From Chiloscyllium plagiosum (Eukaryota), in NCBI RefSeq assembly GCF_004010195.1, contig NC_057752.1:2854222-2918221 (forward strand): DNA of 64,000 nt. Reading direction: 5' to 3'. Of this stretch, positions 50,621-64,000 are shown one piece after another. The translations under genes were made by a program, and so were the position numbers. The first letter of the stretch is position 1. The number at the start of each line of letters is the position of its first letter. The notes under the pieces were generated by a model that saw nothing but the letters and a program-made list of their open reading frames with translations, searched no databases and was not told the origin of the DNA.

Positions 50621-53179
50621 ACTAGATACATCTTGAGCTCACGAAAGCCGCTGTATTAATGCAAGTTCTTTGTTTCTAAAGGAATGGTGAGCAGGGATGA
50701 GTCAAAAGGTTGCTTGATAGAAGTGTTTTACGGAGGGCGAGAAGGAGGCTAAGACATCAACAATCATCCCACAAAGCAGAAAGTGTGCAGCGACACAGCA
50801 GTATCATCGGAAATAAAGGGCGTCAAATTAGCTCCTTTTGCTCCATTTACATTGGCACCGAGTCAAGCAAGTCACAGCTAAAGGGACACCATTCTCTATT
50901 TGACATTATTAAAAATGTTTGATCCAAGCGTATTAAATTAGTTGCTTCATTCAGAATTTAACAGTACAACCTACAACACATTTACTTCTAATTAACACAG
51001 TATGATCTACTGTTACAACCCAAACGTGAAGAACAAAGACCGATTGTTTCTCAGCATTGCACAGGCAAGAGCATTCTAGTGCCTGGATTTGATCTTGTCA
51101 ATAGGAGCACTAAACTCAACAATAGGACCCCCAGGCCTCAAATTTAAACAAATTGCACCTTGCACTGAAGTAGAATGAAGACAAGTACCAATGAAGACCA
51201 AGAACACTGGCTTATTTCTTGGGTCTGCTCTGTCATGAAGATGCCGGCTAATCTGATTACTCTACATTCACCCCAAAAACCTTTCACCCCCTTATCAAGG
51301 ACGAATCTATCTTGATCTTACAAAACATTCAAGGACTCTGCTCCTAAAATTTTTTGAGGAAGAGAGTTCCAAAGATTCATGACTCTTAGAAAAAGATTTT
51401 TAATATATGTTTTAAACGGGGCATCCCTTAGTTCGGAACAGTGACCACTAAATTCTAAATTCGCTCTCCAGAAGGAACATTCTCGCCACTCAGCTCAAAC
51501 TTTCCATCTTCCCATCTCATTCTAAGCTGGAAACTAAAAGTGCACTCAAATGACACTCTGGGTCCAAGCCCAGAGCCGCAAACATTTCACCTTACAGTAT
51601 CACCTCAACCCATCTGCAATAGCCCCCACTGAGATTCTACCAGTAAACACCATCAACAAAAGGATAACCAGGCACTTTTTTGCCCCTGAGATGGCAGCGG
51701 ATTTTGTTGCTGTAGATGTAAAGGCCTCCAAAATATGCTTTGCAAATTACAGACTACTCCCAGTCACCAAATATAATCCAATGGCCAGAGGCAATGTCTA
51801 GAGCTACTTCAGCACAGACATGGTCACTCAGGTAAAGGAGTGAAACCAGAAGCCGTGCGAAACGCTATGTGCAATGCACTGATATACGTGGAAAATACTG
51901 TGTTGAAACATCAGAACTTTTAAGTTACAGGAAAAGAAAGTAGACAACTCATTTTAATGTGTAGCATGTTGAAATCAGAGGCACCAGTTAATTGAAATCA
52001 GTTTCTTTCTTCAAAAGGTGTGTTCAGGATGACTGTCTACAAATTAGCTCAGGTCACTAATTCTGAATCAAGTTGAAATAAAAAGAACTTGCATTCACAT
52101 AGTGCCTTTTACACCCATTGGGGCAGTCCAAAGCACTATCACTGACAAACTGTAGCGCTATGCCAGCCGAGGAAAGTTTCGAAAACATTCACTGGCTCCT
52201 GTCCATCCCCATCTCATGCTGTGTGATCTACTGATTTCGACTTCTCAGCTTGGTTTCAGACTCCCAGCAGCTGCAGTCATCATTTTTTCTTCCAGAATCA
52301 AAGCCTTTTTCATCTTGCAGCATCAGCCTCAGACCAAGATGCTCTTCGATATGCCACGTCTATGCCAGAGCAATCAACTCAAATCTTATTTAACTACTTT
52401 CCACCACACACCCCCAGCCCACATTGTTAATGTATAACCCTGCAATATTTAAAAATATCATTGTTTCGTGGGAAATGGGTATCGCTGGCTGGGCCAGCAT
52501 TCATTGCCCATCAGTAATTGTCACTTGACCTGAGGGGTTTCCTAGACCATTGCAGATGGCAGTTAAGAAATCAATCATATTGTTATCATCTGGAGTCACA
52601 TGTAGGCCAGACCAGATAAGGATGGGAGATTTCCTTCTCTGAAGGACCTTAGAGAACCAAATGGAGTTTTAAGCAAAATCAACAATGGTTGCATGGTCCC
52701 CATTAAGCTAGCTTTCAATTCTAAATGTTATTGAGGCACACTTCACCATTTGCTGGAGAGGTATTCGAACCCCTGACCCCAGAGCATTAGCCTGGGTCTC
52801 TGGATTGCTAGTCCAGTGATATCTGCAAGCCTGCTTCTTTGTAACCCCATCTCCTGACCTCTTTAATCCTTCAGTGCCCTGAGAATTTCACCAGCTCGGG
52901 CATATTTTTGCTCTGAATTCTTTGCCCAACACTGTACAATGACCTAATCGTCAACTGCAAAATTCATTTGCCACTTCCCTATCCACTCTGTTTAACTTAG
53001 TCCTCCAGCATTCTTCCTCATAGAATGACACACTACAAATTTCTGGGGCACATGATTAACACAGGTTGGCAATCTGAAAAACATTAATATACTTGTCCTG
53101 CCGATCTATCCTTGCCTTTAACCTCGTGTCTTAAGTACAGAGCCAAACACACTTTACATGTCCAAGTTTACCGCAATCT

Positions 53180-53775
53180 GCATTTCCTAGTTTTAATTTC
53201 AATGGGAATGGAGTATAAAAATAGGGAAGTTATGCTGAAACTATACAAGACACTAGTTGGACCACACTTAAGAACATTACAAATAGTTTTGGGTCCTTTG
53301 TTGAAGAGAAGATATACTAGTACTGGAGCCAGTCCAGAGAAGGTTGACTGAACTGATACCAAATATGGAGGGACTGTCTTACGAGGAGAGGTTTAGTCTG
53401 TTGGGCCTGTACTCATTGGAATATACTTAATGAAACATACGAGATTCTTAAGGGAGTTGACAATGTAGATGTGGAATGGTTGCTTTCCCTGGTGGGACAG
53501 TCGAGGAACACAGGGCATAATCTCAGAAGATGGTGCTGCACAATTAAGACAGAGATAAGAAGGAATGTCTTCCCTCAGAGCATAGTGAATCAATGAATTA
53601 TTTACTGCAGAGTCTCGGTCATTAAGTATATTCAAGACTGAGACAGACTGATTTTTAATCAATAAAGGAATCAAGGATTATGGGGTAAAGGCAACAAAGT
53701 GGGGTTGAGGATGTCAGATCAGCCATGATCTCATTGAATGGTGGAGCAGACCCAATGGGCTGAATGGCCTACTTA
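53180..53775 (+). mobile_element. CR1 LINE 3' end
   Basis: GMEYKNREVMLKLYKTLVGPHL peptide; tcagccatgatctcattgaatgg tail. Confidence 0.85.
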
Positions 53776-55450
53776 GAGTTAGACAGCAAAGAAACAGACC
53801 TTTTGGTGCAACTCATCCATGCTGACCAAATATTCTAAACTGATCTAGTCCCATTTGCCAGCATTGGCCCATGTCCCTCTTAAACCCTTCCTATTCATGT
53901 CCCCACCCAGATGCCTTTTAAATCCTGTAATTGCACCAGACTCCATCACTTCCTCTGGCAGTTCGTTACATACACACACCACCCTCTGTGAAAATGTTGC
54001 CCCTCAGGTCCCTTTTAAATCTTTCCCGTCACCTTAAATCTATGCCCTCTGGTTTTGGACTCCGCTACCCTGGCAAAAAGGACTTTGGATATTTACCCTA
54101 TCCATGCCCCTCATGATTTTATAAACCTCTGTAAGGTCACCCTTCAGTCTCCAATACTCCAGGAAAAAAGAAGCCCCAGCCTATTCACCCTATAGCTCAA
54201 ACTCTCCAAACCTGGCAACATCCTTGTAAATCATTTCCGAACCCTAAGTTTAACAACATCCTTCCTATAGCAGGGAGACCAGAATTGAATGTAGTATTCT
54301 AAAAGTGCACTTACCAATGTCCAGTGCAGCTGCAACATGACCTACCAACTCCTATACTCAGTGCACTGACCAATAAAGACAAGTATACCATGTGCCTTCT
54401 TCACATGGTGGCTCAGTGGTTAGCACTGCTGCCTCACAGCACCAGGGTCCCAGGTTCGATTCCAGCCTCAGGTGACTGTCTGTGTGGGTTTCCTCTGGGT
54501 GCTCCGCACAGTCCAAAGATGTGCAGGTCAGGTGAATTGGCCATGGTAAATTGCCCATAGTGCCAGGTGCATGAGAGAGATGGGTCTGGGTGGGTTACTC
54601 TTCGGAGGGTCGATGTGGACTGTTTGGGCTGAAGGGCCTGTTTCCACACTGTAGGGAATCTAATCTAATCTATCTAACCTTCACCACCCTGTCTACCTGC
54701 TACTTCACTTTGCACCTACACCCCTAGGTCTCTTCATTTAGCAACACTCCCCAGGGCTCGGCCATTAACTGTAGAAGTCCTGCCCTAGTTTGCTTTATCA
54801 AAACACAACACCTCACATTTATTTAAATTAAACTCCATCTGCCACTCCTCAGCCTACCGGCCCATCTGATCAAGGTCCTGTTGTACTCAGATAACCCTTC
54901 TTCACTGTCCACTAAAGCACCAATTTTGGTGTCATCTGCAAACTTACTAACCATACCACCTATATTCACACCCAAATCATTTATATAAATGGGCAAAAGC
55001 AGTGGATCCAACACATATCCTTGCGACACACTGCTGGTCACAAGCCTCCAGTCTGAAAAACAACTCTCCACCATCACCCTCTGTCTTCTAACTTACAGCC
55101 AATTTTGCATCCAATTGGCTAGCTCCCTCCAGATTCCATGTGATCTAACCTCGCTAACCAGCCTACCATGCAGAACTCTGTCAGATGTTTTGTTGAAGTA
55201 CATATAGACAGTGTCTACACTGTGCCTTCAACAATCTTCTTGGTCACCTCTTCAAAAACTCAATCAAGTTAATGAGACGTGACTTCCCACGCACAAAGCC
55301 ACATTGACCACCCGTGATCAGTCTTTGTCTTTCCAAATGCATCTAAATCCTGTCTCTCAGAATCTTCTCCAACAACCTACCCACCACAGACGTCAGGCTC
55401 ACTGGTCTATACTTACGAGACTATTCTTTACCACATTAGCCACCCTACAG
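53776..55450 (-). mobile_element. CR1 LINE fragment with nested SINE
   Basis: YINDLGVNIGGMVSKFADDTKIG in ORF 54823-55077. Confidence 0.88.
54404..54670 (+). mobile_element. HE1-like SINE nested in CR1
   Basis: tRNA-like head and (AATCT)n tail; cttcac repeated on both flanks. Confidence 0.85.
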
Positions 55451-55560
55451 ACTTCTGCATCTGTATTTTATGATTTATCCTGTTCAACTCAAAATAAAAT
55501 CAGTGTTTTACAGATTAATTTTGACTGTCTCAGGTTAGCTTACACTTCTCCAAAACTGTA

Positions 55561-55778
55561 ATGTGGAGGAGCCGGTGTTGGACTGGGGTGGACAAAGTTA
55601 AAAATCACACAACACCAGATTATAGTCCAGCAGGTTTATTTGGAAGTACCAGCTTCGGAGCACTGCACCTTCATCAAGTGGTTGTGCCCATTTGATGAAG
55701 GAACAGCGCTCCGAAAGCTAATGCTTCCAAATAAACCTGCTGGACTATAACCTGGCGTTGTGTGACTTTTAACTTCCA
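55561..55778. mobile_element. Fold-back element with hammerhead-like motif (distinct family, probably Penelope-derived)
   Basis: Arms aagttaaaaatcacacaac...ttatagtccagcaggtttatttggaag / cttccaaataaacctgctggactataa...gttgtgtgacttttaactt; tTGATGA-A-GGAAC-agc-GCTCC-GAAA-GCTA at 55692-55720; aaaactgt on both flanks. Confidence 0.7.
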
Positions 55779-58700
55779 CTAAAACTGTCACTGTCATCCT
55801 TTACAATGATTTCTCAGGTTTCCTTCTAAATAACATGAAACTGTAACATTTATCATTCTGTCCTTTGATAGAATTATGCTCAACACGCCCTGATGTTAAC
55901 AACATGAAGTCCCCTGAAATCACTGTCCTGATTTCTGAAGAGCTTTCTGCAAATTTCTGGCTCATATAAGCCAAGCAGGCCTCCCCATCTGAATGATATG
56001 GCCCAAGCCAACATTGTTGCTAACCGGCATGAGAAGGCTGGGTCTGCTAACATTCAGTGTCTCCTCTTGCCACTGGATTCTTTTCCAAAGGCTTGTTTTA
56101 AATCTGATTGCCTTGCAGACTGATGGGCAAGGCCGTTGCAACTTTAGTGCCTGCGTATCTCTTATCTCAACAAGCTTATTACTTTTATGTTATTTCTTTT
56201 CTAACTGGGCTTGATTTGTGTGCATTTGATTTGTTTTAGCACATTGAACCTCTGGTCTGAGATGCCTATTTCTTTTTAATTGAATAGATGAATGGTACAG
56301 CGAGAGGTCTGTGTCATTCTGAGTACGATGACCACGATTGAGGCAATTGTTAATCCAGATGCTCACCCATTTTCTCGAGGCAGGCAGCCAGAAAAGGTAG
56401 AGATCTCAGCTTCCAAAGGATCTGGTCTCCAGATGGAAACCATCCGATCACCGAATGTGAAAATGGTGAAGAAGCTAACATCTTAACATTTGAAAATGCA
56501 ATTAATCAACTGTGATTATTAGCACGACCTTGAATCCTTGATAAAAACTATCGCTAGGCAGAGATGTCAGAGACGCAAGGGGCCACACTGCAGCAGAGAA
56601 GGCCATGACAAAGTTTAGAGGCTTTGAACTCACCAAGGGCCTGACTGGGTAACAAAGGTCATTTCCTCTGGTTGAGGGGTCAGCGATGAGGAGCCATCGA
56701 TTTAAAATTCTCACAAAGAGCGAGCCTCACTGCAGTGCACTGCTGAGGTAGAGACAACAGCACCTTTTGTCAGGAGGATAGAGGGGGAGGGGGAAAAATA
56801 AAAGCAAAACAGTGGGAAGACATTTGGTGTGGTCCAGCATAGCAGAGTTTGCAAAGGGACAGTAAGCAAGCAGCCGAGATGAGCACTGCATGCTCCAGAC
56901 AATCTCGTACAGTGAAAGGTGATCTGGACATCTCCAAATGTCTCCAAATTACTTTTCAAGTGCAGGCATTATTATACAACCAGTATAACACAACCAGTAA
57001 TGACAGACAAGGATACTGGTGGCAATGGTGTAGTGAAGAATTTTGGTCAGAGCTCAGATAGAACACAGAATTGCATTGGAATAGCAACCTCCATGGTCAA
57101 CAGATATTCCAAAGTGGTTTATAGCCAATGGTATAGTTTTGAAGCCAAGTCACTGTTGCACTGAAATGCAACAGTCGATTTATGCACAATAAGCTCCGAC
57201 AAATACTAATGTGAGAACAAACAGATAATCTGTTTTTGCAATGATAATGAGGGATAAATATTGGCCAAAGCATTAGGGAGAATGTAACTGTCCTTCAAAA
57301 CAATGCAAGAATTCTTCTGCATCCACCTGAGGGGGAAGGCAGGGGTGGCAGATTAACACCCATTCAATACTGCACTGAAGCATCAGCCTTGATTTTTGTG
57401 CAAGTGCCAGAGTAAGGCTTGAACCCAGAATCTTCTGACTCCGTGAACTTACTTGAATAGTGCCAGAGAACTGTTCCAAAACCACTTGATCAATAAGACA
57501 GGGGTTTTAAGCTTGAAATCTCTTGAAAAAGACAAGAGTAATTGATGATTCAATACTCTCTCAGATCTGCACTGAAGCCATTACCTTTATACGGATGGCC
57601 AGAATTCAAAACTGTTTCAAAGAAACACATTTGGCCATTGACTGAAGAAAATGAAAGCTTGAAAATGATGCAGAAAAAAGTTGGTGGGAGTAGATTTCTG
57701 CTCCCAGATAGATACCAGTCACTGGCATCATCAGGAAGCAGAATCCTAGCATAATCTTTATCAAAAGGAGAATATATTTGAGATGAACCTGGTTCAGCCA
57801 GTGTCTGAAGTGATTCCTAAAACTGCTATTTCAGCAAACTATAATCAAGCACATGAGCAAATGCATTTTAAAAAAAATCAATATGAACAAATGCTTTCCT
57901 GTCTGCAGTGTCACTTTCATGTCAGTGATATGAATGAGCAAGCTTCACAATTTTAAAAATTAATCCCAAGTAAATGACAATGGCTGATTGTGCACTCAGA
58001 CAGCAATATATAATGGAATGCTTGACATATTAATCACAAACAAAGTGGCTGAAGTCGACTGTCACAATTTTGATATGCTTCTGACATGAGCAGACCAGCA
58101 CAATTAAGAAATTAAAATCCACAGTCCACAGGACTGCACAAATAAAACTTCAACATTAAAACAGAATTCAACATGGTGTTAACCATTGTGGGAAAACTGA
58201 CAAAGGAATGAAAAGCTGCTCGAGATAAGGGCTGCATAATGGAAGGTCACGCAATTGTACTATAATCCCAATCTTTCATGTTGTATTGTCCCATCAGAAT
58301 TCCCAACTGAACAAAGTAATGAAAGTTGAACTGGCTTTGGGCACCAACAAATGCACTCTATGCTTCCTAGTTCTAATCTTTTGGAAGGCACTATTCTTCC
58401 CGATGTGCACCAGACATCTGCTACTGCCTGCATCTGAGCCCAGTGACTGCCAGCAGGCAATACCTCCAAGGGAGAATCACAGCCAGAGACAATCCTGTTT
58501 TCAGTAGATATTACTCCACATCAGCTTTCCAGAAGGGGGTCACTGGACAACAGTCAGCCCTATTTTCACTTCAACTGGGTCAGTGGACCTGCTGTTCACA
58601 GCCATTGAAATCCCAGTCCAGAATTCCCAGCCAGAAATCTAGGCTGACACTCCACTACAGTACCAAGGGGGTGTTTGACCTGCTGCCTTTCCAATGAGAT

Positions 58701-59726
58701 GTTAAACCAATGCTTGGTCTACTCTTGCACAGAAAATATCCCATAGTAATATTTTGGACATGGAGGGGCATCTCCTCAATGCACTGAACAATACAGATTC
58801 CTCATACAACAACAAAAAATAAGAAATAGGAGTAGCAAGCTATTCGGCCCCTCAAGTGGTCCGGATGATAAGGCAAACCAGTCTGATGTGAATCAATGAC
58901 ATTGAAACAGATGATCTGCTTAGTAGCACATTGCTGCCCATAGGGTTTCTCTGAGTGCAAGGTGACTGTCAAGTTTCCTACATCATAGCCGTGACCAGGC
59001 TTCAAAGAGCACTCCACTGGCTGTCCAGCACTTTTGGGACATTGTGAAGGACAGTACAGTAATGCAGGCCTTTTCTTCTTTGATTCCTTAAACAGTCAAT
59101 TTTTGCAACTGCTCAACCCAGTTAACAAGGCTGACAGATGGAAAGTGAGACAGACTTCATAGAAAGCAGTTCTTTGAAAAAAATGAAACAGCTAAGATGT
59201 ACAAAAGTTATAAGTAACTCACAAAGAGTTCAGACGAGTGATAAATTTCATACTTATGTCTTTTGCAAAGAACGTGTGAACTCATCTGAATTTTCCCGAA
59301 GAAAGACACATGGAGATAATACTTGCAAAACTCTGATGCCCAAATTTTAACTAAAGTTCAGGAAATCACTGGGACATCGTTCAACCTTGATCATTGCCTT
59401 CCACTGACCTCAGACAGACTGGAACTTTTGCCCTCAGTGAAGTCAATCATTCAACTGAACACGTTTCTCTCAGAACTCAATCCAGTTGCTGCTCAAACAT
59501 TCATCCAGCTAAACCAACGTAGCCCAGCACGCGTGAACACAGAAGAAAATCAACTGATCTGGTTTTTGATTCTCCACTGCACCCAGCCCACAGAGGAACA
59601 CAGCAGGGCTTCCCACAAAGCTGACAAACGTACGGTCAGTAAACATGCTTTCCTCCAACAGTGGGACATTTTAACTCATCACTGACCAAAGCTGAAGCAA
59701 ATTCATTCACAACCTTATATATAGAT

Positions 59727-60470
59727 AGACTACATACAACAATACAGCACAGAACAGGCCCTTCGGCCCACGATGTTGTGCCGAACATTTGTCCTAGCTT
59801 AAGCACCTATCCAATTGCCGCTTAAAGGTCACCAATGATTCTGACTCTGCCACTCCCACAGGCAGCGCATTCCATGCCCCCACCACTCTCTGGGTAAAGA
59901 ACCTACCCCTGACATCCCCCCCTATACCTTCCACCCTTCACCTTAAATTTGTCCCCTTGTAACACTCTGTTGTACCCAGGGAGAAAGTCTCTGACTGTCT
60001 ATCTATTCCCCTGATCATCTTATAAACCTCTATCAAGTCACCCCTCATCCTTCGCCTTTCCAATGAGAAAAGGCCTAGCACTCTCAACCTATTCTCGTAC
60101 GACCTATTCTCCATTCCAGGCAACATCCTGGTAAATCTCCTCTGCACCCTCTCCAAAGCTTCCACATCTTTCCTAAAATGAGGCGACCAGAACTGCACAC
60201 AGTACTCCAAATGTGGCCTTACCAAGGTCCTGTACAGCTGTAACATCACCTCACGACTCTTGAATTCAATCCCTCTGCTAATGAACGCTAATACACCATA
60301 GGCCTTCTTACAAGCTCTATCCACCTGAGTGGCAACTTTCAAAGATCTATGAACATAGACCCCAAGATCCCTCTGCTCCTCCACCTTACCGTTAACCCTG
60401 CATTCCGCATTCTTATTTGTCCTTCCAAAATGGACAACCTCACACTTGACAGGGTTGAACTCCATCTTGC
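59727..60470 (-). mobile_element. Relatively young CR1 LINE 3' fragment
   Basis: ORF 59938-60465 is largely intact CR1 RT C-terminal sequence. Confidence 0.92.
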
Positions 60471-60599
60471 CTACTTCAACCTCAGTACATCACCCAGCCA
60501 AGCACCTGCCCCAGTTTGGCTGCTACCACATGCCTTAGTCATGCCTTTGTTACCTCTCGACCCTCGACACCCAAGCAGCTGTCCATTTTCCACCCTCCA

Positions 60600-60880
60600 C
60601 AACGTTGAGATCATCCGAAGTTCGTGCAAAGCTCCATTCACATAGCACCCCTGTGCTCACTGTCCTACACTAACCTCCCATTTCAGCCATTTTAAAACGC
60701 TCACCCTTGTTTTCAAATCCCTCCATGGCCTTTCCCTTCCCTAGTTGAGTAATCTCAACTCAAGTAGATCTCCCACTTCTCCGATTCTGGCCTTTTGCAC
60801 ATCCCTTTTTTATTGGCCATTACAGCAGCAGTGGCCATGCCCTTCTGGTATCTAGGCCCTAAACTCCAGGTTTCATATTC
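60600..60880 (+). mobile_element. L2-like LINE fragment
   Basis: cacccctgtgctc...tttaaaacgctcacccttgttttcaaatccctccatggcct resembles the TPVL..LHWL..FK..L.FKSLHG motif. Confidence 0.55.
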
Positions 60881-63480
60881 TAAACGTATAAGTGATCATT
60901 TAAATTGGAAAATAATAACAAAAGGGTATAGTCAGCAGGGATTTGCAAATGGAAAATTGTGATTGACAAATGTGGAGGTTTTTTTGACAATGTTAAGAAC
61001 AAAATTGAAAAAGTGGAAATCAATAGATATAGTACACTTGGATTTTCAGAAGCCTTTTGATAACCAACTTCCTGTGGGGGGAGTTTATCATAATTAGAGC
61101 ATATGATATAGGAGGTAATGAACTGGCATGGATTAATGATTAGCCAACAGACCGAAAACAGAGTAGGAACACAGAGGTCATTCTCACACTGACAGACTGT
61201 GACTAATGGAGTACTGCAAGGACTTGTACTTAGTCCCAGATGTTCACAATATATATCAATGATTTGGAAGAGGGGATTATAGGGTCTTTTCGTGGCGCAT
61301 TGGTACTGTCCCTATACTTGGGCTGGGGAAGCCCAGGTTCAAGTCCCACCTGCTCCAGAACTGTGTAATAACATCGCCAAAAGGGTTGATTAGAAAAATA
61401 ATATCAAACATAAAAAGTATGGACTAAGCAACCAAATGTAATATTTCCAAGCTTGCAGATAATATAAAGCAGAGCAGGAATGTGTGTTGTAAAGGAGATG
61501 CAAACTATTTTTAGCAAGGTTTGGACAGACTAGAGATTGAACAAGAACATGGTAGATGGAACAGAATGTGGAAAAGTGAGAAATAATCCACTTTGGTAAG
61601 AAAAACAGATGTGGACAGCATTTCTTAAGTGTAGATGTGCAATGGACTTGAAGTCCTTGTCAACAAGGCATTGAAAGCAAGCATGCAAGTGAAGCAAACT
61701 AATGGAATGATGGCCTTTATTGAAAGAGTAGTGAAGTCTTGCTTCAATCATACAGGAGTTTCGTTAGACCACACCTGGAGAACTGTGAGCAGTTTTGATC
61801 GCCCTTATCCCAGGAAACGTATTATTGTAACAGAGGGAGTGCAGTGCAGGTTCACCAGACTTGTTCCCAGGACATTTCTCTGAATTTCAAAGAGTGAGAA
61901 ACCTGCAAAATTCGTAAGGGATAGAGAGGAAAGATGCAGGCAAGATGTTTCCTTGGTTGTGGAGCCTAGAACCAGGAGCGTGAGGGGAAGAATACACTGC
62001 TGACATTCACCAAGGCTGTTTAGACAGCACCTTCCAAACCCATGACCACTACCATCTGGAAGGATAACGGCAGCAGATAAATGGGAACACCACCCACTGC
62101 AAGTTCTCTCCAAGCCACTCACCATTTTGATAGGGAAACATTCTCATTCCTTAAGGGTCGCTAGGTCAAAATCCTGGAATTCCCTCCCGAACAGCATCAT
62201 GGGTCTCCCTACACACGTGGACTGCAGTGGTTCAAGGCAGCAGCTCACCACCGGTCTCAAGGACAACTCGGGACAGACAATAAATGCCAGCCCAGCCAGC
62301 AAATCCCCTCGGCAAATAAAACACATAGAAGCTGGACAGTCCAGATAGGTTGCTCCTAAAGGGCCGCGACCAACTTTCTTGCAGGGGGAGTTGCTCATGC
62401 CATTAATGAGAATTTAAACTAACCTGGCAGAGGTGCAGAGAGCACGAGGTAGAAACAGATAGCACTAGAATAGCAAATAGTAATGAATTAGGTGGGGTCA
62501 GAGTAAGTGGGAAGGAATCAAGTCTAAATTAGGATTATTGTAGACATTTGGAAATGTACAGACCAGTGAGCATCAAGTGCAAACTGACATATAGAAATAT
62601 GATGTAATAAAGACTAAACTTGTAGAAGGACTTGATGCTAGGAATGCTTTAATAAAAGGTGTTCAGAAAAGATAGAAAAAGGAAACAAGGAAGGGTAGCA
62701 ATACAGATGAAGGAGGATATTGCAGTGCTGAAGAGAGTGTATTTCCCAGAGGTGTCAATGACAGAGTCTTGTTTTAGATCTAAGGGACAAAAAAAGGTCT
62801 AATTATATTGCTCGGTGTAGTCTATCGGCCACAAACCAGTGGGAAAAATGTACAGGAACAAATTTGCAAGGAAATAACAGAGCGCAAGAATTACAGAGGA
62901 GTTATAATGGGAGGACTTTAATAATCTGAATAAAGACTAAAATAATAGTAGTGTAACAGACAGAAACACACAAGAGCTCAAAGACAGCGTTCAGGAGAAT
63001 TTTTCTACTTTAGTTCGTTGAGTCCAATGAGAAAGATTTGGCTGGGCCTAGATTTTGGGAAGGTGGTGTATCAAGTTGATCTAGTGCCAGATTAGAACTG
63101 GGACTATTCACCTTGGGAATGCTTGAGAGAATATCTGATCAAAGTGTTCAAAGCAATGAAGGGTCTGGACAGAGTACAGAGAAAGAAACCATTCTCATTA
63201 GTTGAAGGATCAAGTTAGTTGAGGACATCGATTTAAGTCAACTGACAAAAGCAATGGGGACACATGGAAAGTTACTTTTTGACACAGCTGGTGGTTAGAA
63301 TCTGGACTGCAATGTCTGGAAGTGTGGTGAAGGCAGGATCAACTGAAGCTTTCAAAAAGGAATTAGACCATTATCTGAAAGAGAGGTATTTGCAGGATGA
63401 GGTAGAGAAGGCAGTGAAGTGGCATGAAGCGAACTGCTCCTTCAAAGGGCCAGCACAGTCAAATGGCTCTTCTGTGATTA
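60880..63480 (+). mobile_element. Cluster of old CR1-type LINE fragments
   Basis: ttggattttcagaagccttttga, tccaagcttgcagat and VVRIWTAMSGSVVKAG motifs; fragmented. Confidence 0.7.
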
Positions 63481-64000
63481 TAAGAACAGTAGCAATCTCC
63501 CCACAGTCTGAAGCAATCTTTATTCCCTAATCAACATCACTAAAACGGTTTATCACAACGCTGTTTGTGCAAAATTCCTGTGCACAAATTGATTACCACA
63601 TTTCCTCTGCTATTATGGAGAGTACTCATCAAAAGCACTTTCAGATATTTGGTGAAATAATTACAAGTTTCCTTTCCTTTTAATGTTTGCTGGCCAATTC
63701 GTGGTGATTTAGCATTCTCAGTATCAGCCCATGAGAAACAGAATCAAGTCTGCCCAATTTACACCTAATCCTCTCAGCCAATTGCATTCATCAACCATCT
63801 GTATTTCAACACAGGACAGGAAATGTTTTAAACTGCTCAATAGGTCAGCTGCATCAGCCACTTTTAAACAAAATCTCTCTGATTCTGTCAAAATCATGGG
63901 CCCCCTGAGAGCATCAAGTATTTTTCTCTTTTTAAATTCAGGCTTCTTACATCAGCATCCTGTGGAGATTTAACCACAACTAGTTTCCAAATTATATGTC

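Noticed and set aside
56715..56820. Minus-strand polypyrimidine tract with nearby AG and GTGAG sites in intron 1
   Set aside because: Several competing weak acceptors and donors, and no recognisable peptide; not supportable without RNA data.
59938..60465. 175-aa RT-like ORF (likewise 26217-26768 and 3472-3840)
   Set aside because: 5'-truncated CR1 remnants, not host genes or autonomous elements.
49930..64000. Search for the canonical SMARCD1 exon 1 (MAARAGFQ-type, CpG island)
   Set aside because: No such sequence or CpG island seen; it is presumably beyond the window end.

Overview
Eukaryotic genomic DNA from a cartilaginous fish. The HE1/V-SINE, Deu-SINE, CR1, Rex1/Babar and Penelope repeat mix suggests a shark, probably a carpet/bamboo shark (inference). 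The minus strand carries SMARCD1 (BAF60a, SWI/SNF subunit). I traced coding exons 2-13 (47677 to 16630) with canonical GT-AG junctions and consistent phases, followed by a probable ~2.9 kb 3'UTR. Further downstream on the same strand is the first coding exon of GPD1 (9847 to 9804), the same gene order as the human SMARCD1-GPD1 locus. The canonical GC-rich SMARCD1 exon 1 and GPD1 exons 2+ are not visible. Highlights not in the ORF track: (1) a candidate first exon at 49572-49622 encoding MQSATRSKLFEFLAHGL, which resembles the N-terminus of the paralog SMARCD3/BAF60c, with its own TATA box and uORFs; (2) a candidate in-frame 117-nt cassette exon in intron 11; (3) many fold-back Penelope-derived insertions with TSDs and minimal hammerhead-ribozyme-like motifs; (4) a solo LTR inside a CR1 whose junction is duplicated in inverted orientation; (5) a young 233-bp tandem duplication. 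Repeat boundaries are approximate unless a TSD is quoted. Homology statements come from recalled sequences, not from searches.
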